The translations under genes and the position numbers were made by a program. A stretch of DNA of 45,382 nucleotides from positions 1 through 45,382 of the forward strand of contig DASWAK010000563.1 of assembly GCA_036391175.1 (NCBI GenBank), in the 5' to 3' direction. Every line of letters starts with the position of its first letter. Position 1 is the stretch's first letter. The DNA comes from Pseudolabrys sp. (GTDB lineage Bacteria > Pseudomonadota > Alphaproteobacteria > Rhizobiales > Xanthobacteraceae). The notes under the pieces were generated by a model, which searched no databases, had not been told where the DNA came from, and worked only from the letters and a program-made list of their open reading frames with translations. Of the stretch, positions 20,931 through 28,878 are shown in pieces.

Positions 20931-22466
20931 TCAGACTTTCAGCGGCGGCACATTGGCACGATACCAGGCTGCGAGCGGCGTCAGCGCTGGGTGCGCCAGT
21001 GAGCGTTGCAGATAGGCCCATACGCGTGGGAGATGACGTAAGTATTGCGGCTTGTGGTCGCGCCGTTCCAGCCGGGCAAAAATGCCGAGGATCTTTGACG
21101 CGCGTTGCGCGGTCAGCGTCGCATAAGCACGCGCGAAAGCGGGAGCGTCGAAGGCGGCATCGACAGATCGGCGAGCGCGCGTGTATCGCGACAGCAATCC
21201 GATCTCCATCATTTCTGGCACGTCCACGCGCGCGTCCTGTAACAGCGAGGCGACATCGTATGCAGCCGGGCCCATCACCGCATCTTGAAAGTCAAGCAGG
21301 CCGACGCGAGCGGTGCCCTCGCGTTCCGGCAGCCAAAGAAGATTTGGCGAATGAAAATCGCGCAACACCCACGTCTGTGTACCGTTCATTATCGGTAGAA
21401 GCGCTTCGCGCCACAACGCGCGGTAAGACTCGCGCTTTGCATTCGTGATTCTGCTTTCGAGCTTCGGTAGATACCAATCGAGCAACAACTCTACTTCGAT
21501 CAGAAACGCTTCAATATCGTAAAGCGGTATCCGGTAGTCGACGCCTGGCTGGACCGGCACCACACCTGGCAGCTGCTCACGATGCAATTCGGCGAGCATA
21601 TCGGTTGCCATCTCGTAACGCGCTTGAATCGGTACTGGCGGATCGCCTTCGACAACCAGTTCGTCGCCGAGGTCCTCGATCACTAACAGGCCGGCCTCGC
21701 GGTCGGCAGCAAAGATTGCGGGTGCCGAGAAGCCTTGCCCGCGCAGCGCCTGCGCCATTGCGATGAACGGAGTCACCGTTTCGGCTAAATGCGCGATTGT
21801 GCTGTAGGACTTACCATTACGCACAGGAGGTCCATCCTCGCGTTTCGGCGAGTTCATCAGCATATAAGTCGCGCCGGCACGCGTTAGCCGCTCGTAACTC
21901 CGCGTCGAGGCGTCACCCTGGATGCGCCTTCGTTCAGCTCGACCAAAGTCGGAACGATCAAGGAACCGCCGGATCGTGATGATGCGCTCGGCCCGTCGTG
22001 CGAAGCTGCCGTAGCCGGTGATTTGGACGTTGCGCGCATTCGGCCTGTGCGTTGGCTCCAAGGTCAAAGCAATCTCGAGTCGGTCGGCTGGCAAAAAACC
22101 GGCGGCGCGATCCGGCCATTCCACCAGAGTGACTGCGCCCTCGGGAGCGTCATCTAGACCGAGCTCGGCCAGCTCAGCCGATCCCGACAAGCGATAAAGG
22201 TCGACATGAACAACAGCGAAACGCGGCAGCGTGTACGTCTGTGTCAGCGTGAATGTGGGGCTCGGCACTTCAATGGTATCGTCACCGGCCAGATAGCGGA
22301 TAAGAGCGCGGGCAAATGTAGTCTTGCCGGCACCAAGATCGCCGGACAGCGTAATCACATCGCCAGGTTCGATCACGGCGGCGATGTCCGTCATCAGTCG
22401 GTAGGTGGCGGCTTCGTCGGCTAGTGACGTCGTGAAACTATAGCTGCCGGAACTGGAGAAAAACAT
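20931..22466 (-). CDS. tsaE: TsaE (t6A biogenesis ATPase) fused to an AmgK-like anomeric sugar kinase (APH fold)
   Basis: N-terminal LSGDLGAGKTTFAR, VPSPTFTL, HVDLYRL, LVEWP; C-terminal GDASTRSYERL, IEDLGD, LRDFHSPNL, LLDFQDA, all in one 511-aa ORF. Confidence 0.9.
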   Translation of the reverse strand: MFFSSSGSYSFTTSLADEAATYRLMTDIAAVIEPGDVITLSGDLGAGKTTFARALIRYLAGDDTIEVPSPTFTLTQTYTLPRFAVVHVDLYRLSGSAELAELGLDDAPEGAVTLVEWPDRAAGFLPADRLEIALTLEPTHRPNARNVQITGYGSFARRAERIITIRRFLDRSDFGRAERRRIQGDASTRSYERLTRAGATYMLMNSPKREDGPPVRNGKSYSTIAHLAETVTPFIAMAQALRGQGFSAPAIFAADREAGLLVIEDLGDELVVEGDPPVPIQARYEMATDMLAELHREQLPGVVPVQPGVDYRIPLYDIEAFLIEVELLLDWYLPKLESRITNAKRESYRALWREALLPIMNGTQTWVLRDFHSPNLLWLPEREGTARVGLLDFQDAVMGPAAYDVASLLQDARVDVPEMMEIGLLSRYTRARRSVDAAFDAPAFARAYATLTAQRASKILGIFARLERRDHKPQYLRHLPRVWAYLQRSLAHPALTPLAAWYRANVPPLKV

Positions 22467-22570
22467 CGAATCATCCGTTGCAGGATTGCCACCTTATAAA
22501 CGGACGGTGCCGTCCCACGCCAGAATCGCATTAATAAGAGTGCGGCGGCGCGCGGCAATGCTTCCCGCTT

Positions 22571-25093
22571 CTATGCTGCAGTCTGTTTCTCAATGTGCTC
22601 CACTGGAAAAACACAGGTCACGGTGGTCCCTTGTCCGGGAGCGGAATCGATGGCCACTGTTCCGCCGTGCAATTCGACGAAGGAGCGCACAAGCGACAGT
22701 CCAAGACCAGGACCACGATGTTGCGAACCCTTTGAATCGGTCTCGAACCAGTCGAACACCTTATCTTTTGCCTCTGGCGGGATGCCCGGCCCATGATCGG
22801 TCACGCTGAAAATCACAGCGTCCGGCCGCCGTTCGGCCAAAAGCGTGATGGTTCCGCCAGCGGGTGAAAAACCGACTGCGTTGGACAATAAGTTGAACAA
22901 AATCTGGCGCAAACGTCGCTCGTCGGCGGTGAAGCTGCCGATATTGGACAGAGTTTGGATGTCGAGCGTAAGATGATTATTGACCAGCCGATCCTGCACG
23001 CCTTCCGCGGCTGCTTCCATGCTTGCACGGATGTCGACATCGCCGAGATTTAGAGTCATAGCCCCAGCATCGATGGTGGCGAGGTCGAGAATATTGTTGA
23101 TGAGCGCCAGCAGCGCATTTGTTGAGGCGGTGATATAGCCAAGATACTCGCTTTGTTTTTGAGTCAGCGGTCCAAAAGTCGGGTCGCCAAGTAAATTCGC
23201 AAAGCCGATGATGTTGGTCAGCGGCGAACGTAACTCGTAGGACACGTGATGCACGAAATCGATCTTGATCGAGTCAGCGGTTTCGAGCGCCTCGTTGCGC
23301 TCGCGTAATGCGCGCTCGACGTTGACGGTGTCGGTGCTGTCTTGGAACGTGACCAAAGTGGCGCCGTCGGGTAGCGGCATAGTGGCAAGATCGAGCACCG
23401 CGCCGTCGCGCCGCTCGATGCGTGCACTGATCGGTTCTCGATTGTCGATTGCGGTCACCGACGCGCGAAGATTCCGCCAGATGGTATTATCGTCGTGTAA
23501 CGCCTGGCACCATGCAGTCACCGATTCGACATGCGGATGCTCATCGAGCGCTTCGTGCGATAGCTTCCACATGCGCTGAAACGCCGGATTATGTAATCGA
23601 ACGCGGCCATCGCTCCCGAACACCGCCACAGCCTCGGCCAAATGGTCGATTGTCTCGCTTTGTACCTTGATAAGCGCATCGTAGCGACGGTACATATCCA
23701 ACCGCTCGGTAACGTCATCATAGAGATACGTGACCCCACCTTCCGGGTTGGGCGTGGTGACTACCCGGAGCGCACGTCCGTCCGGCAAATGCCACATGTG
23801 CTCCTTCGGCTCGATGGCGCGGTACGCTTCATACAACTGCTGTTTCCATTGCCGGAAATCCTGTTCCTCAGGTAGTTTGCGTTTGCTGCGTAACGTATCG
23901 AGCACCACTGCGTCGGTTGGCGTCTGGTCGAGAAAGCCGACGTCAAGTTCGAACAGCGAATGGAACGCGGCATTGTAGAAGGTAAGTTTACGGTCGACAT
24001 TGAAGACAGCAACGCCCGTCGCCAACTGATCGAGTACGCGGCGGTGCGCCTCGGCCATGCGCGCGAGTTCATCGCGCATGACTTCGACCTCTGTACGGTC
24101 GATCGCAATGCCCGAGGTTCCAGCTCCGCTCGGCGCATCAACGACCTCAAAGATGCGGCGGCGCCCGCCCGCTGCAATTGCTGGCAGTTTGCCAATGTAT
24201 GTCTCGCCGGCGATGCGAGCGCGGGAGAGTTCCGTACGCGCGGCTTGGTCGAGCAATTCCAGCCGGCGCGCTACAGCATCGGCCGGAGTCTCGGCCTCCA
24301 CCGCGCGCGCATAAGCCGAATTTACGAAGACCAGCTGGCCGGCGTTATCGCGGGCCCATACGGGGGCAGGTAGCGCATCAAGCAGCGCCTTCATAGTTTC
24401 GATGTTGCTCAGCAACTGATCGTGGCGAGCGGCGAGATCCAGCAGCTCTTGCTCAATGCCACTGACATCGCGCAGGCGAAGCACTGCGCGGCCGCCGATA
24501 GCACGCCCCTCTGCCTCTATTGGACGTCCGGCGCGGGTCGTAAGCGTCATTACAAAGCCGCGACCATCGCGGCGTAGAATATCCACTGCCTGTTCCATGC
24601 GGCGTGCAGCCGCGGCTTCCAGCCAAATACCGAATGCGAGTACCCGTTCGGGCACGCCGCCGGGCGCGACCATCGCGATGTCGCCAAAAATTTCCGGCTG
24701 CTCGGCTGCCGCCGCCCAGGTCACCAATATCTGCGGCTCCGACAGTAACAGCGCTTTGAGCCGATCAGTCTCGGCCTGCAACGCGCCAATCTCTTCACGT
24801 GTATCTATCTCGATGCGGTCTCTGGCCCTGCGCGCGCGAAGTATAACTACGCTCGCGAACAGGGCCAAACCGAGCAAGGCGAGGATTAGCGTGAGTAAGG
24901 TGATTTCCTTCCCACGAAGCGCTGCAATAGCGCGATCAAGAGCATCAACTGCGGTCGCGCCGAAGCGCACGTCGGCGTGAGCCGTCGAGCAGGGCAATAT
25001 CGAAAGTTTTACGGTCACGAAGGCGACGAGGAATCCGCCCCGCCACGGACGAAAACGCAGCCTCTCGCTCGCCGTCCGGATTGTCTCCGGCAT
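22571..25093 (-). CDS. divL: PAS-domain histidine-kinase-like protein DivL (pseudokinase)
   Basis: TM segment and several PAS-like repeats; H-box reads HVSYELRSPL with Tyr at the phospho-His position; HATPase motifs NLLSNA, DHGPGI, GLGL. Confidence 0.85.
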   Translation of the reverse strand: MPETIRTASERLRFRPWRGGFLVAFVTVKLSILPCSTAHADVRFGATAVDALDRAIAALRGKEITLLTLILALLGLALFASVVILRARRARDRIEIDTREEIGALQAETDRLKALLLSEPQILVTWAAAAEQPEIFGDIAMVAPGGVPERVLAFGIWLEAAAARRMEQAVDILRRDGRGFVMTLTTRAGRPIEAEGRAIGGRAVLRLRDVSGIEQELLDLAARHDQLLSNIETMKALLDALPAPVWARDNAGQLVFVNSAYARAVEAETPADAVARRLELLDQAARTELSRARIAGETYIGKLPAIAAGGRRRIFEVVDAPSGAGTSGIAIDRTEVEVMRDELARMAEAHRRVLDQLATGVAVFNVDRKLTFYNAAFHSLFELDVGFLDQTPTDAVVLDTLRSKRKLPEEQDFRQWKQQLYEAYRAIEPKEHMWHLPDGRALRVVTTPNPEGGVTYLYDDVTERLDMYRRYDALIKVQSETIDHLAEAVAVFGSDGRVRLHNPAFQRMWKLSHEALDEHPHVESVTAWCQALHDDNTIWRNLRASVTAIDNREPISARIERRDGAVLDLATMPLPDGATLVTFQDSTDTVNVERALRERNEALETADSIKIDFVHHVSYELRSPLTNIIGFANLLGDPTFGPLTQKQSEYLGYITASTNALLALINNILDLATIDAGAMTLNLGDVDIRASMEAAAEGVQDRLVNNHLTLDIQTLSNIGSFTADERRLRQILFNLLSNAVGFSPAGGTITLLAERRPDAVIFSVTDHGPGIPPEAKDKVFDWFETDSKGSQHRGPGLGLSLVRSFVELHGGTVAIDSAPGQGTTVTCVFPVEHIEKQTAA

Positions 25094-25139
25094 TCAGGCA
25101 GGCCCCAGGGATGCGGGCGGCGTCCGCCACGCCGTTCCG

Positions 25140-25185
25140 CGAATCGATCGACTTTACCCCCAAGGGGAATCGTGCCGAAAGAGTC
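25140..25185 (-). promoter_or_regulatory. Cluster of three GANTC (CcrM methylation) sites upstream of divL
   Basis: GAATC 25141-25145, GAATC 25167-25171, GAGTC 25181-25185. Confidence 0.45.
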
Positions 25186-25217
25186 CAGACCGTGAACGGC
25201 CCCTACTCGCGTTGGCG

Positions 25218-25481
25218 TTATTTCAGTGTTTCGGCGCGCTTGACCATATCATCGATGTTTATACGGCCGAGCGCAGCTCATCGATGTCCTCGGCGGTCCT
25301 GGCTGCGCGCAAAATATCGTCGGCCGTAATACGGTTGCGTTCGCGCGCGCGCGTAGCCGCCGTGCGATCCACGGATACCTTTGAGAATGCCATCCCGCAC
25401 GAGCACCTGCAGGACCGGTTCGAGATGGCGTGGTGGCAGCCGATGGCGGGCGGCTATTGCCTAGGCCGATACCGGCCGAGC
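25218..25481 (-). pseudogene. Decayed Rrf2-family transcriptional regulator
   Basis: Manual translation gives ARPVSA*AIAARHRLPPRHLEPVLQVLVRDGILKGIRGSHGGY, a frameshift, ARERNRITADDILRAARTAEDIDE, a second shift, then ALGRINIDDMVKRAETLK*. There is no start codon, a TAG at 25461-25463, and a shift at the (CG)6 run 25342-25353. Confidence 0.85.
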
Positions 25482-25486
25482 GCACC

Positions 25487-25942
25487 TCAACTTCCGGTTG
25501 AACCAAAACCGTCGCCTCCGCGCGTGGTTTCATCAAGAGATGCGGCCTCGAATATGTGTCCGCGTACAACTGGAGTGATCACCAATTGAGCAACGCGCAT
25601 ACCCCGGGTGATCGTCACCGGTTCGCTTCCAAGGTTTACAAGCAGCACCTGGATCTCGCCCCGGTAGTCAGCATCGATGGTCCCTGGAGAATTGAGGACA
25701 GTTAGCCCGTGTCGGGCGGCGAGGCCGGAACGAGGCCGCACTTGAGCCTCTGTTTCCGCCGGTAGCGCGATCGCGATGCCGGTCGGAACGAGCGCGCGGC
25801 CACTGGGCGCGATCATGAGCGGAGCGGCCTCGGGTACAGCGGCGAGCAGATCGAGGCCCGCGGCGTGGGTGCTCTGATACGAAGGCAGCGGCAAATCTTT
25901 GCCGTGGGCAAGCCGCATCACTCGGACTTCAATATGGCTCAC
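25487..25942 (-). CDS. dut: dUTP diphosphatase
   Basis: [41 protein letters not shown]; GTGA overlap with coaBC. Confidence 0.97.
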   Translation of the reverse strand: MSHIEVRVMRLAHGKDLPLPSYQSTHAAGLDLLAAVPEAAPLMIAPSGRALVPTGIAIALPAETEAQVRPRSGLAARHGLTVLNSPGTIDADYRGEIQVLLVNLGSEPVTITRGMRVAQLVITPVVRGHIFEAASLDETTRGGDGFGSTGS

Positions 25943-27363
25943 CGATTGTCTCCCCTGAGGGCATCGGCAATGCGCGCGATGAGCATGCCGGCCACCTCGT
26001 CTTTACTCTGGGGCGGCCACGTTTCAAAACCAGACGCGCGCACGAGCGTAATGGTGTTGCGATCGCCACCCATCACGCCTGACTGCGGCGAAACATCGTT
26101 CGCCAGGATCCAGTCGCAGCGCTTGCTGACGAGTTTCATTTTGGCATTGGCGGTGACATTCTCGGTTTCGGCGGCGAACCCGATTACAAGTTTTGGCCGC
26201 TGGGTTTTTCGCTTGGCGATAGTGGCAAGAATGTCGGGATTCTCCACGAGCGAAAGCTCCGGCGTCGTCTTGCCTGTTTGCTTCTTGAGTTTCTGTTCTC
26301 CGGCATTGGCAACGCGCCAGTCGGCGACGGCCGCAGCGAAGATTGCAACATCCACTGGGAGCGCATGCTCGACTGCCTGGAGCATTTCGCGTGCAGTCTC
26401 GACTTTGATCACTTTGACACCGGACGGGTCAGGCACGGTTACCGGGCCACTCACAAGCATGACCTCAGCCCCTGCTGCGGCAGCCGCCGCCGCAATGGCG
26501 TGGCCCTGCTTGCCGGACGAGCGGTTGGCGATGTAACGCACCGGATCGATTGGCTCTCGCGTCGGACCGGAGGTGATAAGTATGCGCTTGCCTCGCAGCG
26601 GTTGCACTGCTTCCGATGCAAGGAGCCTCTCCGCTGCGGCGGCGATTTCCAGGGGCTCTGCCATCCGGCCGAAACCGCGCTCACTCGCCTCCGCCATCTC
26701 TCCTTCGTTGGGGCCGATGAGGACAACGCCATCGGCAATGAGCTGCGCCAAATTACGCTGCGTTGCCTTGTTGGCCCACATACGTGGATTCATTGCCGGC
26801 GCCAAAAGAATTTTCGCGGTTGTTGCCAACAGCACTGCGGTCGCGAGGTCATCGGCATGGCCGCCTGCGAGTTTCGCCATCAGGTCAGCCGTTGCCGGTG
26901 CGACCAGGATCAGGTCGGTCTCGCGTGCAAGCCGAATATGTCCAACATCGAATTCGCCAGCCAGATCGAACAGGTCGGTGAACACACGCTCGCCGACAAG
27001 CGCACTCGCCGATAGGGGGGTAACAAATTGCTCGGCGGCTTTCGTCAAGATGCAACGTACCCCGATGCCGCGCTCCTTCAATCGGCGAATGAGATCGAGG
27101 GATTTGTAGGCGGCGATGCCGCCCCCGATGATCAAGAGGACCCGTTTTGTGTCAGCCGCCACAGCAGGGCGAGAATTTCGCACGGACGCTCTTACCGGCA
27201 ACGTGGGTGGTTCGCGGTCAAGTGCTTCGCGTCCAGCGTCCTCGGCAGCCTCGCGCAGGATGGTGCGAACCTCGTCTTCAACGGAGCGACCGTTTCGCGC
27301 CGCGCGCAGGCGCAGCAGCTTTTTGAGCCGATCGTCGAGCTGGCGGACAGTCAGTGAGGCCAT
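25939..27363 (-). CDS. coaBC: Bifunctional phosphopantothenoylcysteine decarboxylase/phosphopantothenate-cysteine ligase with an N-terminal ribbon-helix-helix domain
   Basis: [60 protein letters not shown]; extra N-terminal [36 protein letters not shown]. Confidence 0.95.
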   Translation of the reverse strand: MASLTVRQLDDRLKKLLRLRAARNGRSVEDEVRTILREAAEDAGREALDREPPTLPVRASVRNSRPAVAADTKRVLLIIGGGIAAYKSLDLIRRLKERGIGVRCILTKAAEQFVTPLSASALVGERVFTDLFDLAGEFDVGHIRLARETDLILVAPATADLMAKLAGGHADDLATAVLLATTAKILLAPAMNPRMWANKATQRNLAQLIADGVVLIGPNEGEMAEASERGFGRMAEPLEIAAAAERLLASEAVQPLRGKRILITSGPTREPIDPVRYIANRSSGKQGHAIAAAAAAAGAEVMLVSGPVTVPDPSGVKVIKVETAREMLQAVEHALPVDVAIFAAAVADWRVANAGEQKLKKQTGKTTPELSLVENPDILATIAKRKTQRPKLVIGFAAETENVTANAKMKLVSKRCDWILANDVSPQSGVMGGDRNTITLVRASGFETWPPQSKDEVAGMLIARIADALRGDNR

Positions 27364-27395
27364 AAAATCCTCTTTAATTAAAGCATCTTAGGGCC

Positions 27396-27425
27396 GCATT
27401 GATTGCAATGCAATCAATGCGATCA
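27396..27425. promoter_or_regulatory. Perfect inverted repeat upstream of coaBC, candidate RHH operator
   Basis: GCATTGATTGCA-A-TGCAATCAATGC (12-bp arms), containing octamers TGATTGCA, TGCAATCA and TGCGATCA at 9-bp spacing. Confidence 0.65.
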
Positions 27426-27458
27426 AAGCCTGAAATTTATTTTCCAGGACGAGCTCCC

Positions 27459-27518
27459 TTGACCGCGCGGGCGCGGCCATGTATTTAACCATCTAGTTAT
27501 TTAAATAATGGGTTAAAT
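27459..27518 (+). promoter_or_regulatory. Promoter/operator of the ArsR-SRPBCC genes
   Basis: TTGACC-N17-TATTTA, overlapped by the AT-rich inverted repeat ATTTAACC(27483-27490)...GGTTAAAT(27511-27518). Confidence 0.5.
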
Positions 27519-27521
27519 TCG

Positions 27522-27872
27522 ATGACGACCGACCGTCTCAGCACAACCTTCGCAGCTCTCGCTGATCCGACGCGGCGCGCGATTCTTGCGCGGCTCGCTC
27601 TCGGTGAAACCTCCGTATTGAAGCTCGCCGAGCCGTTCGACATGAGTCTGCCGGCGGTTTCCAAGCATCTGAAAGTGCTCGAGCGCGCTGGTCTGATCAC
27701 CCGCAGCCGCGATGCCCAGATGCGGCCATGCCGGATCGAGGCTACCGCGCTCAAGGAAGCGGACGACTGGCTCGAGGAGTATCGCCGGCTCTGGGAAGAG
27801 CGTCTCGACCGGCTCGACGATTATCTGCGTGTTCTGCGAGCGAAGGAGAAAAAACGTGGCCGCAAAAAATAG
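27522..27872 (+). CDS. ArsR/SmtB family transcriptional regulator (SRPBCC-associated type)
   Basis: FAALADPTRRAIL, SLPAVSKHLKVLERAGLI, WEERLDRL. Confidence 0.92.
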   Translation: MTTDRLSTTFAALADPTRRAILARLALGETSVLKLAEPFDMSLPAVSKHLKVLERAGLITRSRDAQMRPCRIEATALKEADDWLEEYRRLWEERLDRLDDYLRVLRAKEKKRGRKK

Positions 27873-28353
27873 CATCGACCTTGAAACAGACCCGTGCTCA
27901 ATCATCGGCACGCGTGTATTCGACGCGCCGCGGGACCTGGTCTTTTCGGCGTGGACCGATCCCAGGCATCTGGCGCAATGGTGGGGTCCGAATGGGTTCA
28001 CCACCACCACACATTTATTCGAGTTTCGGGCGGGCGGTGTGTGGCGTTTTGTCATGCACGGACCAGACGGCCGCGACTATCAGAACCGCATAACCTTCGA
28101 CGAAATCATACCGCCGGAACGCATCGTCTATCGTCACAGCGGCGGTGATGATGTTGAGCCGGTGCAGTTCACACAGACTGTAACCTTCGAGAATCTTGGC
28201 AACAATCAGACCCGCATGACCTGGCGCGGCAAGTTCCCTTCGGCCGAAGAACGGGCCCGCGTCATCAGGGAATACGGCGCGGACAAGGGGCTGGTGCAGA
28301 CCATGGCACGGCTCGCGGATTACGCGGCATCACTTGCTGCGGAGCGTGCATAG
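27856..28353 (+). CDS. SRPBCC (Aha1/START-like) domain protein
   Basis: RVFDAPRDLVFSAWTDP, WWGPNGF, GGVWRFVMHGPDG; GTG at 27856 after AAGGAG. Confidence 0.9.
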   Translation: MAAKNSIDLETDPCSIIGTRVFDAPRDLVFSAWTDPRHLAQWWGPNGFTTTTHLFEFRAGGVWRFVMHGPDGRDYQNRITFDEIIPPERIVYRHSGGDDVEPVQFTQTVTFENLGNNQTRMTWRGKFPSAEERARVIREYGADKGLVQTMARLADYAASLAAERA

Positions 28354-28370
28354 ATGCCTGGGCCCGGATA

Positions 28371-28817
28371 TCAGGACAGCACCCGCAACGCCGCGCGCAG
28401 TTCGTCCGGGCCGCCACGCGGGATCAGCCCGTCGACTTCGGCGTGGGCCCGCGTCCACAACGGAAACGCCTTGCTGAGCAACGCGCGGCCTGCCGCTGTG
28501 ATTGTCAGACGGCGCCCACGTTTATCCTTCTTGTCGATCGAAACCTTCACCAGTCCGCGGCGTTCAAGTGGTTTGAGGGCCGCAGTGAGTGTGGTGCGGT
28601 CCATTGCAAGGAGTGCGGCAACGCTACTGATGTTCGGCGGTTCCGGCCGGTTCAGCGACATCAGCAGGGAGAACTGCCCATGCGTGAGATCGAGCGGACG
28701 GAAGACCTCGTCGAAGCGCCGTGCCAGCGCGCGCGCCGCCCGCTGCACATGCAGGCACAGGCAGGAGTCGCGCACCTGATGCGTCGCAGAGAGCGGTAAC
28801 TCGTGACGGGTTGACAT
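28371..28817 (-). CDS. MarR family transcriptional regulator
   Basis: CLCLHVQRAAR, LTHGQFSLL, MDRTTLTAALKPLERRGLV, DKRGRRLTITAAG. Confidence 0.92.
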   Translation of the reverse strand: MSTRHELPLSATHQVRDSCLCLHVQRAARALARRFDEVFRPLDLTHGQFSLLMSLNRPEPPNISSVAALLAMDRTTLTAALKPLERRGLVKVSIDKKDKRGRRLTITAAGRALLSKAFPLWTRAHAEVDGLIPRGGPDELRAALRVLS

Positions 28818-28822
28818 GTGAC

Positions 28823-28852
28823 ATAATATGTTGATATCAACGTATTTGTCAA
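28823..28852 (-). promoter_or_regulatory. marR promoter with a central palindromic operator
   Basis: Minus strand TTGACA(28852-28847)-N18-TATTAT(28828-28823), with the palindrome GTTGATATCAAC (28830-28841) in the spacer. Confidence 0.55.
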
Positions 28853-28878
28853 CAATGGGAACTCAAGGAGGACGAGTT

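Noticed and set aside
25212-25589. ORF-track calls 25212-25589 (+) and 25249-25569 (-) in the dut-divL gap
   Set aside because: The region is better explained by the broken Rrf2 reading frames.
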